Part shown: positions 39,870-51,910 of the stretch, piece by piece
Position numbering within the stretch: position 1 is the stretch's first letter
Layout of the letters: each line of letters begins with the position of its first letter
From: Camelus dromedarius
Taxonomy: Eukaryota
Reading direction: 5' to 3'
Assembly: GCF_036321535.1 (NCBI RefSeq)
Contig: NC_087437.1
Span: 64,544,001 to 64,608,000 of the forward strand
DNA: 64,000 nucleotides
The notes under the pieces: model-generated
Told to the model about the DNA's origin: nothing
The model's database searches: none
The model's input: the letters and a program-made list of their open reading frames with translations, nothing else
Made by a program: the position numbers and the translations under genes

Positions 39870-42821
39870 GTGAGTAACTTTTTGTTAAGTTGGAAAGTCG
39901 GCTCTCCCACCTGTTCCTTCTTTGCAGTGTGAACATGCATGTGTGTCAGTGGATAAGATAGAATGGAAGAGGCGAGGAAACCAAGCTCCGTCTGTGTTGG
40001 GCCATAAACTTCTATAGCCATTTTTTGGCTTGCTTTCTACCAGCAGGATTAGTTACTAGTAAATGAAAACACACTCACATACACATACACACACAGTTGG
40101 CTTTGCTGATGATGACATGGATTGCCTAAGGGGCAATTACATGGAAAGCTCAGGGTAACCCAAGCCCAGGCTCTCAGGAAAAAATGTCCATCCCTAATTC
40201 TGCAGATGAAGCGTTTAAATATAGACACATCCCACTTAATTCATTTCTTTAATAGGGTTTTATTGCGATCATTTATTGCTGGCAGCGTTAGGGTCTCTAA
40301 AGTTACTTACTTTGAACCCTCTCACCAAAGTAAATTATTTACTGGTACCATGTGGTCCACTCAGGTATCAATCAGTGAGGCAAAATCCATCAGGATGACT
40401 AGGAATTTGGGTCTGGAGAGATCCTTTTAACTTAGCCCTAGAGCTAACTAGGAAGTTATACCGTTGAAAATACTGCCTGGGGAGATTGAGGCTTATTTGA
40501 TTAATTTATTCAGCTAATGTTTATTGCACCCATGATATGTGCCAAGCATTGTGCTAGTTGCTGGGGATACAGTGATAAGACGGACATTGTTCCCACTCAA
40601 AATCGAATTGGGGAAACTGAGAAGTAAGCAGGTTAGTTATGGAAGAGGAAGGTGAAAGTTCTCTGGCAGCAACCAGGAGAGCCACCTAACCCAGACATGG
40701 GAGGTAAGGGGAAAGCTTCTCAGAGGAGGTGTCGTAAATGGAGAAGTGAAGAGTAGGTAGGAGTTAGTAAGGCAAAAAAAGGAACTTTCAAGAAATCAGA
40801 CCGTAGCTGGGCCTAGATTATGCAAGACTTTTATAAATCACTGAAAGTAAGTATTCAGAATTTTTCTAGAAACACATGGGGAGCCTTGAAGGATTTTAAG
40901 CAAAGATAAGTTCAGACTTCTATTTTAGAAAGATCACTGGTTATAATTTGGAGAATGAATTTAGTACAAAAATTCAACTGTAAAATTTCAAAGGACACCT
41001 TATTTTCACCATGTGTTTGTAAAAATAATTCAGACAGATATGGTCAAAGTGAGCGGGAGTTTGCAATAAACGCATCCATATTCCACCAAAAAACGTGGAC
41101 AAAAATAATACTTAAGAATAAGACCCAAGATGATGATTGCTGCTTAGCTTTTGAAATGTAATGAATGTGGGCTTTTAAACTGACACTGATAGTTCTCAAG
41201 AGAACGAGACAAAATAACATTGATCTCCTATAAAGCTTGTGGCATTACTTTAAATTAACTGCATTCATAAGGTTGGCCCATTCTCCCAGCTATTGGCAGT
41301 TTAGTCATGTAAGTCCCTTGCTTTGCTGCGAGGTAGCATTTTTGGCAGTTGAAGACTAAGCATGTTACTCCACAGCAGCATTTCAGAAGTTCATGTAGAC
41401 GTACCCTCTCTTAGTCAGATTAAGATCTTCATTAGCAAAATGAATAATTTTGAAATAAGTTATTACTACAGGGAGCATCGACCATTCACCAGAGCAATAT
41501 GTTTTAAATAATAGAAATTAGACATCTCCTCTTTTACGGTGCTCTTTTAATCCTTCCTGGTGAGTACTTCTGATAGCAGGAGTTTGTGGACCTTTGAGTT
41601 TCTGGTACCCAGCCCAGTGCCTGGCATGTAATAGGAATTCAGTAAATGTTTGCTGAACTCAAGGGAACTGAACTCTAATACTATACTTTATAAATGTGAG
41701 CTATTGCTCTCTAGATTTAATTTACAGTCTCTATTTTTGGAAATTTCCTGGCTTTGGAGATCCTCTGCTATGGAGTTATGTCCCTCCTGCTCTCGTGCTT
41801 TCCAGATTTACAACTTGACCCTCTAGAGAGTCTCTCTGAATTTATTATCTGCTTTTCTTGGTCAAAATGAGTCCACTTAATTAGATAACGTGCTGGGGAT
41901 TAGGTCATTTTAGTATACTAGATCTTAAGTCAAACTAAAAGTAAACTGAAAGAAAAGAAGACTTTTGAGGGGTTTCCATTTGTCCACCTGTATATTTAGT
42001 CCAATAAGGAGCTCCTTTGGGCAATAAAAGATTTCCCCTTGAATTTAAAATAGGAAAGAAGGAAAGACATTAAGGAAATAAAGAAGGAAGAAAAAGAGGG
42101 AAAAGAATGGAAAGGAGGAAAGACAAAACACCATAGACTCTTGATCTCCAAATTTTGCTCTTCTTAGTTGGGTCGCATATGAGTAACATGTGTACCAAAT
42201 ATTCTGCCTTGTCGCTTACAGAAAGCACTGGTGAAAGCCAGGTTTATAATCTTAGATCTATACTTTAAGCTGTGTGATATTGAGCAAGTCACTTAACTTC
42301 TCTGAATTTCAATTTCCCTATTTGTAAAATTGTGATAATTATTTCAGTGATGGTGGTATAGTAATGCTCAAATGAGATAGAGATATGAAACTGTTTTGAA
42401 AACTTTGAAGTGTTATATAAGTGCCGTACTGTTTTCCATCATTCCTTAATGTTTTCTTATGGTTGTCTCTTTTTGTTGGTGGGCATCTTGTCTAGAAATA
42501 TAAATATTTCCTTTTAGCAACACAGTTATATATCATCATTACAGCATTGGTGGGGGGAGTATGTATTAATTCTCTTTTTTCTCTTAATCCCCTCAGCTTC
42601 ATAATCCAAACCATATGGGGACAAATTTATTAATCCTCTGTTTTATACTATGACTTCTCAGAGTATTATAGCTATCCTTGCATGTCTTAAATATATAAGG
42701 CATACAATTTAAATTGGCTAATCTAGTCCTCCAAATTTTTGTAATCTGTTTCATTAAATTTCTTAACAAACTTTCCCTCTCACAGAGAATTGAGACATAG
42801 TTTTATGTTACTCATTTTTAG

Positions 42822-42958
42822 GGCAACAGACTGATCAGCAACCAGAAAACCAGAATGAAATGAAGGAAAATACTTTTCTGAAATGCTTAAAGCTTTCAAC
42901 TCGAGAAATTCAGGATCAGAAGAAACAGTTTGAAGACTGTGGCTTGCAGGTTATAAAG
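42822..42958 (+). CDS. PARP9: PARP9 coding exon 8
   Basis: catttttag|(G)QQTDQQPENQNEMKENTFLKCLKLSTREIQDQKKQFEDCGLQVIK|gtatac; 137 nt. Confidence 0.93.
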
Positions 42959-43572
42959 GTATACTTAATGAAGGGAAGGATTTGACTCATCTTGCTATCA
43001 CTTGGTTCTGCAGCCAGAAGTAAAACTTACCTGCTGATGACTCTAAGCTAGCTGCTCACTGACCTGGGATCCTAGGAATTAGTCTTCAAGGAGGGCAGAG
43101 ATGGGCAGGTACAAGGAGTATAGTTGGAATCAGGTGGTAGAAATGATGTCAGGATATTTAGAAGCATAGATCAAGACTCAGGGAAAGCTATCTGCCTATC
43201 TTAAAGAAATGGAATACCATTTATCACACTGTTTCATAATTGTTTACCTATTTTTATCTCTTACTAAACCATGAGCTTTAAGAGGGCAGAGGCTGTGTCT
43301 GCAGTTGTTGACCATTTCATCACCAGTGCCTGGCACATAGTGTTCGCTCAGTGAATTTTTATCAAAGAAGGGACAGGGAATTTTGAAGAGATAAAAGTCA
43401 AAATACAAGAGGGTTGGGGCCAGGGGAGACTCTTAGGCAACTTCATATGAAAAGCAAATTACATGCAAAGTCATATGCACAGAAGTGCTTTGATTTTTGA
43501 AGCAGAATATCAGGCAATTTAAGTAGCAGTTCTTCAGTCTCTTTTTCAGTTTTTCCCTTCTTTGGGCTACAG

Positions 43573-43747
43573 GTGGAGAAGATAGACAATGCGCTTCTCG
43601 TGGCTGCCTTCCAAAGAAGGAAGAAAATGATGGAAGAGAGGACCCATGTGAACCCTGTGAGCCACAAGTTGTTCCAGCAAGTCCCCTACCAGTTCTGCAA
43701 AATGGTATGCAGAGTTGGCTTTCAAAGAATGTACTCAGTGCCCTGCG
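43573..43747 (+). CDS. PARP9: PARP9 coding exon 9 (ART/PARP domain)
   Basis: ctacag|VEKIDNALLVAAFQRRKKMMEERTHVNPVSHKLFQQVPYQFCKMVCRVGFQRMYSVPC|gtaggt; 175 nt. Confidence 0.96.
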
Positions 43748-46644
43748 GTAGGTATCAGCCCCTCATAAATCGGGTTACTCTGTGTGGGAATTGGTGAACA
43801 GACATCAGCAGACGATTCACCATTAATAGCATTTGTTGCTTCAGTGAGGGGATCATTTATGTCTGGAATTTAGTGGTAAAATCATTTGGAAAGGGTCATA
43901 GTTAAAATTTTTTCTTCATATATTTTGTTGCTGATGGGTTTTACGTTGTTGAAAGTGTTAACAGCAAGAGCTCCAGGTCCCTGTTCTTCTCTTTCTGTGT
44001 TTGTGTCCTCTCTGCAGAGAGCCCTCTGGAGCTTTTTTACTCCCCTTATCTCAACAAAATAATTATCAACACTACCAAACCATCTTCATCCCTTAATTAA
44101 AAGGGCATTTTCCTGAATTTAATAAAGTTGATCTTTTCCATTCTTTTCATTTCCTGTAGCTGCTAGTGAATGAATTAGATACCACCTGGCAGGTGAAGCG
44201 AATAATATTTTCAGATCCTTCTCAACTATGGGAGTTCTGTGTATAGCTTGCATGTCTCTTCTCAGTTGTACAAAAATATTGCATACTCAATTGTTATATT
44301 TTCCCCTTTAAATCTCTCCAACAGAGGCTAAGAAGTCTAGTATTAATCATGGAGGATACCTAGCAAAGCAGCTTGATTTTGCCTGGTCCTTTAAATATGT
44401 GGCTCTGGATCTTTACCTTTCCAAATATGTAGCATGATCCTCGCTGTGGAGCCTCCTACTCCTAGTCTTGATTTCTAGAAAACAAAGGGTCTGGAAATCA
44501 TCTTCTCTTTGGCCCAGAGAGAACAGAAGCAATACCTAGGGTAAAAATTGAACATAAGCAATTTTTTGCAATTTTTTTACCTGGAGGTAAAAATTGACAA
44601 ATGAATCCCCATGTAGTCTTTGAGTGTAACCAGGAAAGTGATGATCCGTATGGTCCTTTCATTGGCAAAGTATTAAAAATTCATAACTTCCATTTGCTCC
44701 TACACCCATTGTAACTGGCTTCTCTGCACTACCCCGTCCCCCATCGCCCCTTCTACTTCTGCTTAAACTACTCTCACTAAAATCATCATGATCCTCCTAT
44801 TTTCCAAACTCAGTGAGTCCCCTCTTTTCAGTCCTGTGGCAGATGCTGCTGATTGCCTACCTACCATCTTTCATATTTCCTCCCCAAACAGCTAAGACAC
44901 ACATCATCCTCCCAAAGGAGACAGTCCCAAAGTCTCATCCTGTCTCATCATCGGCCTCAAGTCCAGGCAGTCCTCTCGTAAAGCTTAAAGGCAATTGCCC
45001 TTATACACTCATTATATAACGATGTAAGTAGAGCAGGAAAACCACAATAAAAACTCCGATTTCAAAAGGGGAAAAGGAAAGACACACATCACTGATCTAT
45101 ACCACTCGTCACATATGCTAGACATGTAATTTGTTCAGCCATACAGTCACTTTAAGAACTCAACAGGCAAGAGACCCGTTTGCATCTGGTCAAGTTCTTG
45201 TCTTTATAACTCAGCCTGAAGCTTGTCTGCATGTAGTCTTTAAGCCTCAAGATTCTGGTCTTTTACCTACTGGCTCTGTGCTCTGCCCATCTCCCTATCC
45301 CTTAGCTTAACAGCCACTACCTTGAGGCAATTCAGACAATAGACTCAGTAAGGAGATATTACCTAGGATGTGACTTGTGCCAATGTGCTGAGAACGCTTA
45401 ACTGAAGATGCCCGAGAAACCCAGGAGACATCAGTTTTGTCACTACTGAAGCTGTTTGCAACTCATTTTTTTTAAAACCTAATTTTCAGTTGGAGTACAA
45501 AGGTTCTTGGCTTATTCACCCCTGCAAGGTTCCAAATTATGGGACTGTCAGTGAGTTTAGACGGCATGTGCTGGTAGAGGGGGCTTCTATTAACAAAGCT
45601 TTATTTATTTTTTCCTGTCTTTCTTGCATTCTAGCTAGTTCTATTCAGAATTCATCTCTTACTTGTAAGATTTCACTGAATGCTGCAAGAATGAGCCTAC
45701 ATGGTTGCAGTTTCTTTATTGGGTTCATTCATTCATTCCAGAAGTATTTATTGAGAACATTCTAAGAGTCAGGCCCTGTGCTAGGTGGGAGGGATACAGC
45801 AATGAAACAAAATACATAGAATTTCTGCCCTTATAATTTATAATCTAGTGAGTCTATCTGTTGTCCATTCTTTAAATGTTAGTGTTTTCTGGAGTTCTGA
45901 AGGAAGCCTCTTTTTTCTTCTAAAATGTCCCCCTGGGTGCTTACACCTTTCCCATCGCTTCAGCTCCTACCTCTGTGATGATGACTTACGCATTTGTATC
46001 CCCTGCTTTTCTCCTGACCCACAGGTCCATATTTCTGGCTGTCTTTTGGACTTCTCTAACTAGATGTCCCATAGCCACTTCAAACTGAACTCTTTCCTTG
46101 GCCATACTTTTCCTTAAGAAAGAGGATCCCCACCCCTACCCCGATACTCCCTAACCTGGTTAACACCACCATCTATCTACCCCGTCTTCTAAGCTGGAAA
46201 CTTTACCAGCCTCCGCCCCTTCCTTTCTCTCACTTTCATATCCAGGCACTCACGCAGCCTTAGTGATTTTCTCCTGGTAAAATTCTCAGTCTAGCCTTAC
46301 CTCTCTGTTCCTACTGCCTTAGTTCATCTTCCCCTAGGCCCAGACAATTACCTGGCCCTTTCCTTGCCTCAAAATTACCCCTGTCGTGTGTATTCTATGT
46401 ATATTCTACTGACTTTGTGCTAAGCTTAATCCTTTTCGCCCCTGAGGTAGTAAGTAGCAGGAAGTTAATGGGTGGAAGAACAAAGAGCAAGAAGAAACTC
46501 CCAGGAAAGAAATCTTTGATTTTTATCTCAAAATATTACCTCACCACATAAAATTGTACTATATTTTATCTGTTTAAGTGTGGGAGTTCTCTTTGTGAAC
46601 TTTTGAGAATAAAGATCATTTCTTAGTCACTTTTGAAGCTCAAG

Positions 46645-46935
46645 TTCATCATAGCTGTGTCTATTTAGCACTTAAAATGTGGTTAATCTAAATTGAGATG
46701 TGCAGTTAAGTATCAAATGCACATTGGATTTTAAAGACCACTACCAAAGAAGAAAATGTAAAATATCTCCTTAATAATTTTTATATTGATTACATGTTGA
46801 AATGATAACATTTTGGATAATAGGTTAAGTAAAAATATTAATTTTACTTGTTTCTTTTTACCTTTTTTAATGCGGCTACTAGAAAATTTTAAATTACATA
46901 TGTGGCCCATTGCATTTCTGTTGTTCAGTGCTGCT
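46645..46935. mobile_element. MER33/MER3-type DNA transposon
   Basis: 'ggctactagaaaattttaaattacatatgtggcccattgcatttctgttgttcagtgctg' terminus. Confidence 0.7.
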
Positions 46936-48029
46936 CTAGAATATGAAAGTGTTTGGTTAAGTCCCAAGTAAATGTAAAGAATGAGGGAGGGAAAAATGGA
47001 AGGGAAGGAGGGGGAGAGAATATGGCTTTAAAGGAATTTTCTATTTTTTTTCCTGCTAAGTAGGGGTAGAAAAGGCATTAAGCAGGGATTACCTTGAGGT
47101 ACAGAGTTTGGCCCTCTGCCTTCTGAGTGTTCTTACTATTACAGAGAAGATAAAATAGATCACAAGCATTTATATCATAGTGGAGAATATTCATTTCCGG
47201 TGGTTGGAATAGAGCACATTCTCCTTGGTATCGTAGCATGAAGGATGCCTGATGGTTGGAAAACTGCCTGGTGAGGACACACCTAGATCAAAAACATGTG
47301 GAAATTCTCTGTGGGGTATTTTGCCAGGCTATGGTGAGAACTGGTGACCTACCCCTGCCCCGCAGTAGAGAATACTCCTTCTAGGAACCAGAATGTTTAT
47401 GGCCCCTAAATCCTGAGTGTCTTTTCCTAAACAATGCAGCATATACACTAACATTACTTCATATGCTCAGCATTCCCCTTATTTTGTCATATTTTTCTTG
47501 TAATGCTGTCCACAAATTTGGGAGACATTTTGCCTTCTTAGATGCTTTTTTTTTTACTAGCTATATTCTCAAGAGTTCTAGAGATATCCTTATTTGTAGC
47601 TTGTAGAAGTCAGGCCATGTTCTAAGAAGAAATAGAACCTTCCCTCCATTATGCTCTTTCTTAGCTGCTTAGTTTGTAATGTTGACTTAAGTCATACTGT
47701 CTCTGAACCTCAGATTTTTCATCTGTTATATGGAGATACTACCCAAGTCACAGATTAATTGAAGATAATCAATGTAAAAACGCTTTGTAAATCATAGACT
47801 CCTCTGTAAACTCCCATGATATATTAAGATGTAAGGTATTATGTTCATGATATTAGTGATAATTTGCCACAAGTGAACAGCTTTGGCTGTCTTTGCTACA
47901 GATACAGAGATTTGGGACTAGGAGATGGTGATTATTTAGAGGACTAGAGAGAAAATACATACGAGTACTGAAATAGGCAATATGATTTGCCAGATCATAA
48001 TAATCCTTAAATTTTTTTTCTCTTATCAG

Positions 48030-48370
48030 ATCCAAAATATGGAGCTGGAATATATTTCATCAAGAACCTCAAAAACATAGCATACCACGTCAAGAAAACA
48101 CCTGCCACAGATAAGCTTATCTATGTGTTTGAGGCTGAAGTACTCACAGGCTCCTTCTGCCAGGGTCAACAGTTAAATATTGTTCCTCCGCCGTTGCTTC
48201 CTGGAGCCATAGATAGCCATGACAGTGTGGTTGACAATGTTTCCAGCCCTGAAATCTTTGTCATTTTTAGTGACACGCAGGCTGTGCCCCAATATTTGTG
48301 GACTTGCACACAGGATCATGTACAGTCACATGATTACTCATCAGGACAAATGAGCAAGCAACAGCCCTGA
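48030..48370 (+). CDS. PARP9: PARP9 last coding exon (ART domain, stop TGA)
   Basis: cttatcag|(D)PKYGAGIYFIKNLKN...LIYVFEAEVLTGSFCQG...DSVVDNVSSPEIFVIFSDTQAVPQYLWTCTQ...QQP*. Confidence 0.96.
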
Positions 48371-48826
48371 AAGCAATTCTGAAGTGGCAGCCCTGTTGAT
48401 TAAGATCCTTATCATTTTAACAACAGGCATGACCTTGCTTTGGAGGAACTAACCAAAGAATGACCATAAATGATTCAAAGAGTTGTTTGAATATGTCACA
48501 TGGGTTGTCTCTGTGGACTGACTGAGTGATTGCAGAGATCAGCCACAAACTAGTATCTTAGTGCCTTCATCTTTACCTTCCTCTCTTGGGGTGGGAGTGG
48601 ATCGATGACAACTAGAACACTCTCAGGACCATTCCCTCTCCTTCAAGTTGTCCTTTCATCTTCTTTACCACAGGTAACAACAAAAATATTTTACCTGTAA
48701 TGAAGAGATTTTTCCAGTATATAATCCAAGCCTTTTATTTTGTAAACTGGTAATTGTGTAACATATCAGGACAGCAGGATGATTTTAGATTTTCCAGTAA
48801 ATCTTACAAAGCGCTTTAGATATCAA

Positions 48827-48832
48827 AATAAA
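48827..48832 (+). terminator. Candidate PARP9 polyadenylation signal
   Basis: AATAAA ~460 nt downstream of the stop codon. Confidence 0.6.
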
Positions 48833-49606
48833 TCACCTTTATCTATGTAAGTGGCTCTGAAAAATTGTGTAAAATGAAATTATTTGAAGTGGAAGAACAT
48901 CAGAAGGCTGATAATCTACTAATAGCCTGTTTGAATTTGAAACACCATGACATCAAATTGTTAATTCACCAAATATGCCTTGATCACTGTATGTGTTTCA
49001 GTCACTTCCTGGGTGCTGAGGATATGATGCTGGATGAGAAAAATGTCTTCATAAGGCTTTCAGCCTGAATAATCAGAAAGGCAGCTATGGACAAATTAAC
49101 AATCTAACCTTCGATTGTATATAACAAAAGAGGAATTACAGAGTCTTTGGAAAAATTTAAGGAGGAGAGGAATAAACCTGCACATCTCACTCTAAACCAC
49201 CCACTAGGTACCTAGAAACCCCCAACTTCCTGCCTAAGCAGCTCCAGGTCTACTTCCAGGGCCTGATTGGGCCTCTTCTACCAAGGGTGGACTGTGTCAC
49301 AGTCTGCATCAGGAGTGGCCATGGGGTGACTGTTTTCAGGGATGTAGTTTGGACATGAGGGCTGAGGTGTTCACACATCTGTGCATGAGACTGTGGTACA
49401 GAGCTGAGGGTGAAAGGACAGATGTAAAAGGATTTCAAAAGATAATGAAGGAAAAGCTAAGTTTACAAGGATAAGAAAAAAAAAATCCGTATCATGAAAC
49501 ATAGTGAAACTGTAGGCCACCAAAGAGGTGATTTTAAAAACAGTCATAAGGAACAGTCAAGTCATTTACAAAGGAATAACAATTAGACTGACAACATACT
49601 TCTTAC

Positions 49607-49800
49607 TGTAAGCAGAATAATGTCCTCCCCCTGCACATTGCAAAGATGTCCACATCTTAACCTCCTGAATCTGTGAATGTATTACCTTGCATGTCAAAAG
49701 ATATTTTGCCGATGTGATTGAAGTTACCCCTCAGATGGGAAGATTAGCCAGGATTATCCAGGTGTGCCCAATCTAATCACAAGAGATGGCAGCATGAGAA
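49607..49800 (+). mobile_element. MLT1C/D-type MaLR LTR fragment
   Basis: 'tgtaagcagaataatgtcctccc...aaagatgtccacatcttaacctcctgaatctgtgaatgtattaccttgcatg'. Confidence 0.7.
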
Positions 49801-50352
49801 GTTTTATTTGATGCCTCATTCTTGTTCTGAGATGTAGAGAGCTATGGGCAAGGACCAGGGACAAGTTTTTCTCTTGTAATTGATTTCTACTCTCATACCA
49901 TTGTAGTTGGACGAGGTGCTTGATATGATTTCAACCTTCTTAAACTTATTGATTTGTTTTGTGCCATGTATGTATATATTCCTCTTCATATTCTTTTTCA
50001 TTATAGGCCATTGAAGTATTGATTATAGTTTCCTGTGCTATACAGTAGGACATTGTTGTGTATCTGTTTTATATATAGTATTGTGTATGTGTTAATCCTA
50101 GACTCCTAATTTATCCCTCCCCTTTCCCCTTTAGTAACCATAAGTTTGTTTTCTATGTCTGTGAGTCTGTCTCTGTTTTGTAAATAAGCTCATTTTTGTC
50201 TTTTTCTTTTTTTAATTCCACATACAAGTGATATCATATGGTATTTTTGTTTCTCTTTCTGGCTTACTTCACTTAGTATGATAATCTCCAGGTCCACCCA
50301 TGTTGCACAAATGACATTATTTCATTCTTTTTTATGGCTGACTAGTATTCCA

Positions 50353-50354
<2 letters not shown>

Positions 50355-50389
<35 letters not shown>

Positions 50390-50436
50390 TGTCTGTCTGT
50401 CTGTCTGTCTGTGTGTGTGTGTCTGTGTGTCTGTGT
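50355..50436. repeat. Compound (TG)n/(TCTG)n microsatellite
   Basis: Directly visible. Confidence 0.95.
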
Positions 50437-51800
50437 ATACACACCACATCTTCTTTATCCAGTCATCTGTCAATGGACATTAGGTTGCTTCTATGTGTTG
50501 GCTATTGTAAATAGTGCTACCATGAACATCAAGGTGCAAGTATCTTTTCGAATTAGTTTCCTCTGGATATATGCCCAGGAGTGAGATAGCTGGATCATGT
50601 GGTAAGTCTGTTTTTAGTTTTTTAATGAATTTCCATACTGTTTTCCATAATGGTTGCAGCAAACCACATTCCCACCAATAGTGTAAGAGGGTTTCCTTTT
50701 CTCCACACCCTCACCAGCATTTATTGTTTGTGGACTTTTAAATGATGGCCATTCTGACTGGTGTGAGGTGATACCACACTGTAGTTTTGACTTGCCTTTT
50801 TCTGATAATTTGCGATCATGGAATGAAATGCCTATTGGCCATTTCTACCAATTATTTAAAGAAGAGTTAACACTTATCCTTCTCAAACTATTCCAAAAAA
50901 TTTAAGAGGAAGGAATGTTTCAGAACTTATTCTACAAGGTCAGCCTCACACTGATACCAAAATGAGACAGACACGAACAAAAAAACACGAAATTATATGT
51001 GGAATCTAAAAAAACCAACCAAACAAGCAAACAAAACAAAAATAGACTCAGATTCAGAGAACAATCGAGTGGTTGCCAGGGGTGAGTGGGTGTTGGGCAA
51101 AATAGGTGAAGGGAATTAAGAGTTATAAACCTCTACTTATAAAATAAATAAGCCACAGGGATGTAACAGCATAAGGAATATGATCAATAATATTGTAATA
51201 ACTTTGTATAGGGACACATGGTTACTAGACTTATGGTGATCATTTCATAATGTATGTAATGTCAAATCGCTATGTAGTACTCCTGAAACTAACATAATAT
51301 TTTACATCAACTATTATTTCAATTAAAACAAAAAATTGGAAAAAAAATCCAACTACATACTGTTTACAGACGATATAACAAAATCATTAAAATGCAAAGA
51401 GATTGAAAATTAAAAGATGGAAAAAATGTAATTAATGAACACTCACCCAAAAAAGCTGGTGTAGCTATATTAATAATGACAAAAATAGACCTTAAGTTAA
51501 AGGATGTTATTAGGGATAAATGACTACTCAATAATAACAAAAGATTCAATTAACCAGGAATAGATATAATGATAAGCCTATATGTATTTAATAACATCTA
51601 AAACTATGTAAGGCAAAATCTGACAGAATTAAAGGTAAAATTGACAAAATCTACTCTCTTAAGAGTTTTAACACAGCTCTCTCAGTAAATAGTAGACCTT
51701 CAGTTAGAAAAAAAAGACACAAACTAGTAAGACTGCAGAAAATTTGAATAACAGTTTTTAGCTAATGTACATGTATAGAACCCTCCACCCAGCATTTAGA

Positions 51801-51910
51801 GAATACATAATCTTCTCAAGTATACATAGAACAGTTATATTTATTGACCATATTCGAATACATAATCTTCTCAAGTATACATAGAACAGTTATATTTATT
51901 GACCATATTC
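51801..51910 (+). repeat. Perfect 55-bp tandem duplication
   Basis: gaatacataatcttctcaagtatacatagaacagttatatttattgaccatattc x2 (51801-51855, 51856-51910). Confidence 0.95.

Noticed and set aside
48368..48403. Selenocysteine or programmed readthrough of the PARP9 TGA codons
   Set aside because: The first TGA aligns to Trp, not Cys; no TGA-CTAG context; no SECIS evident by eye
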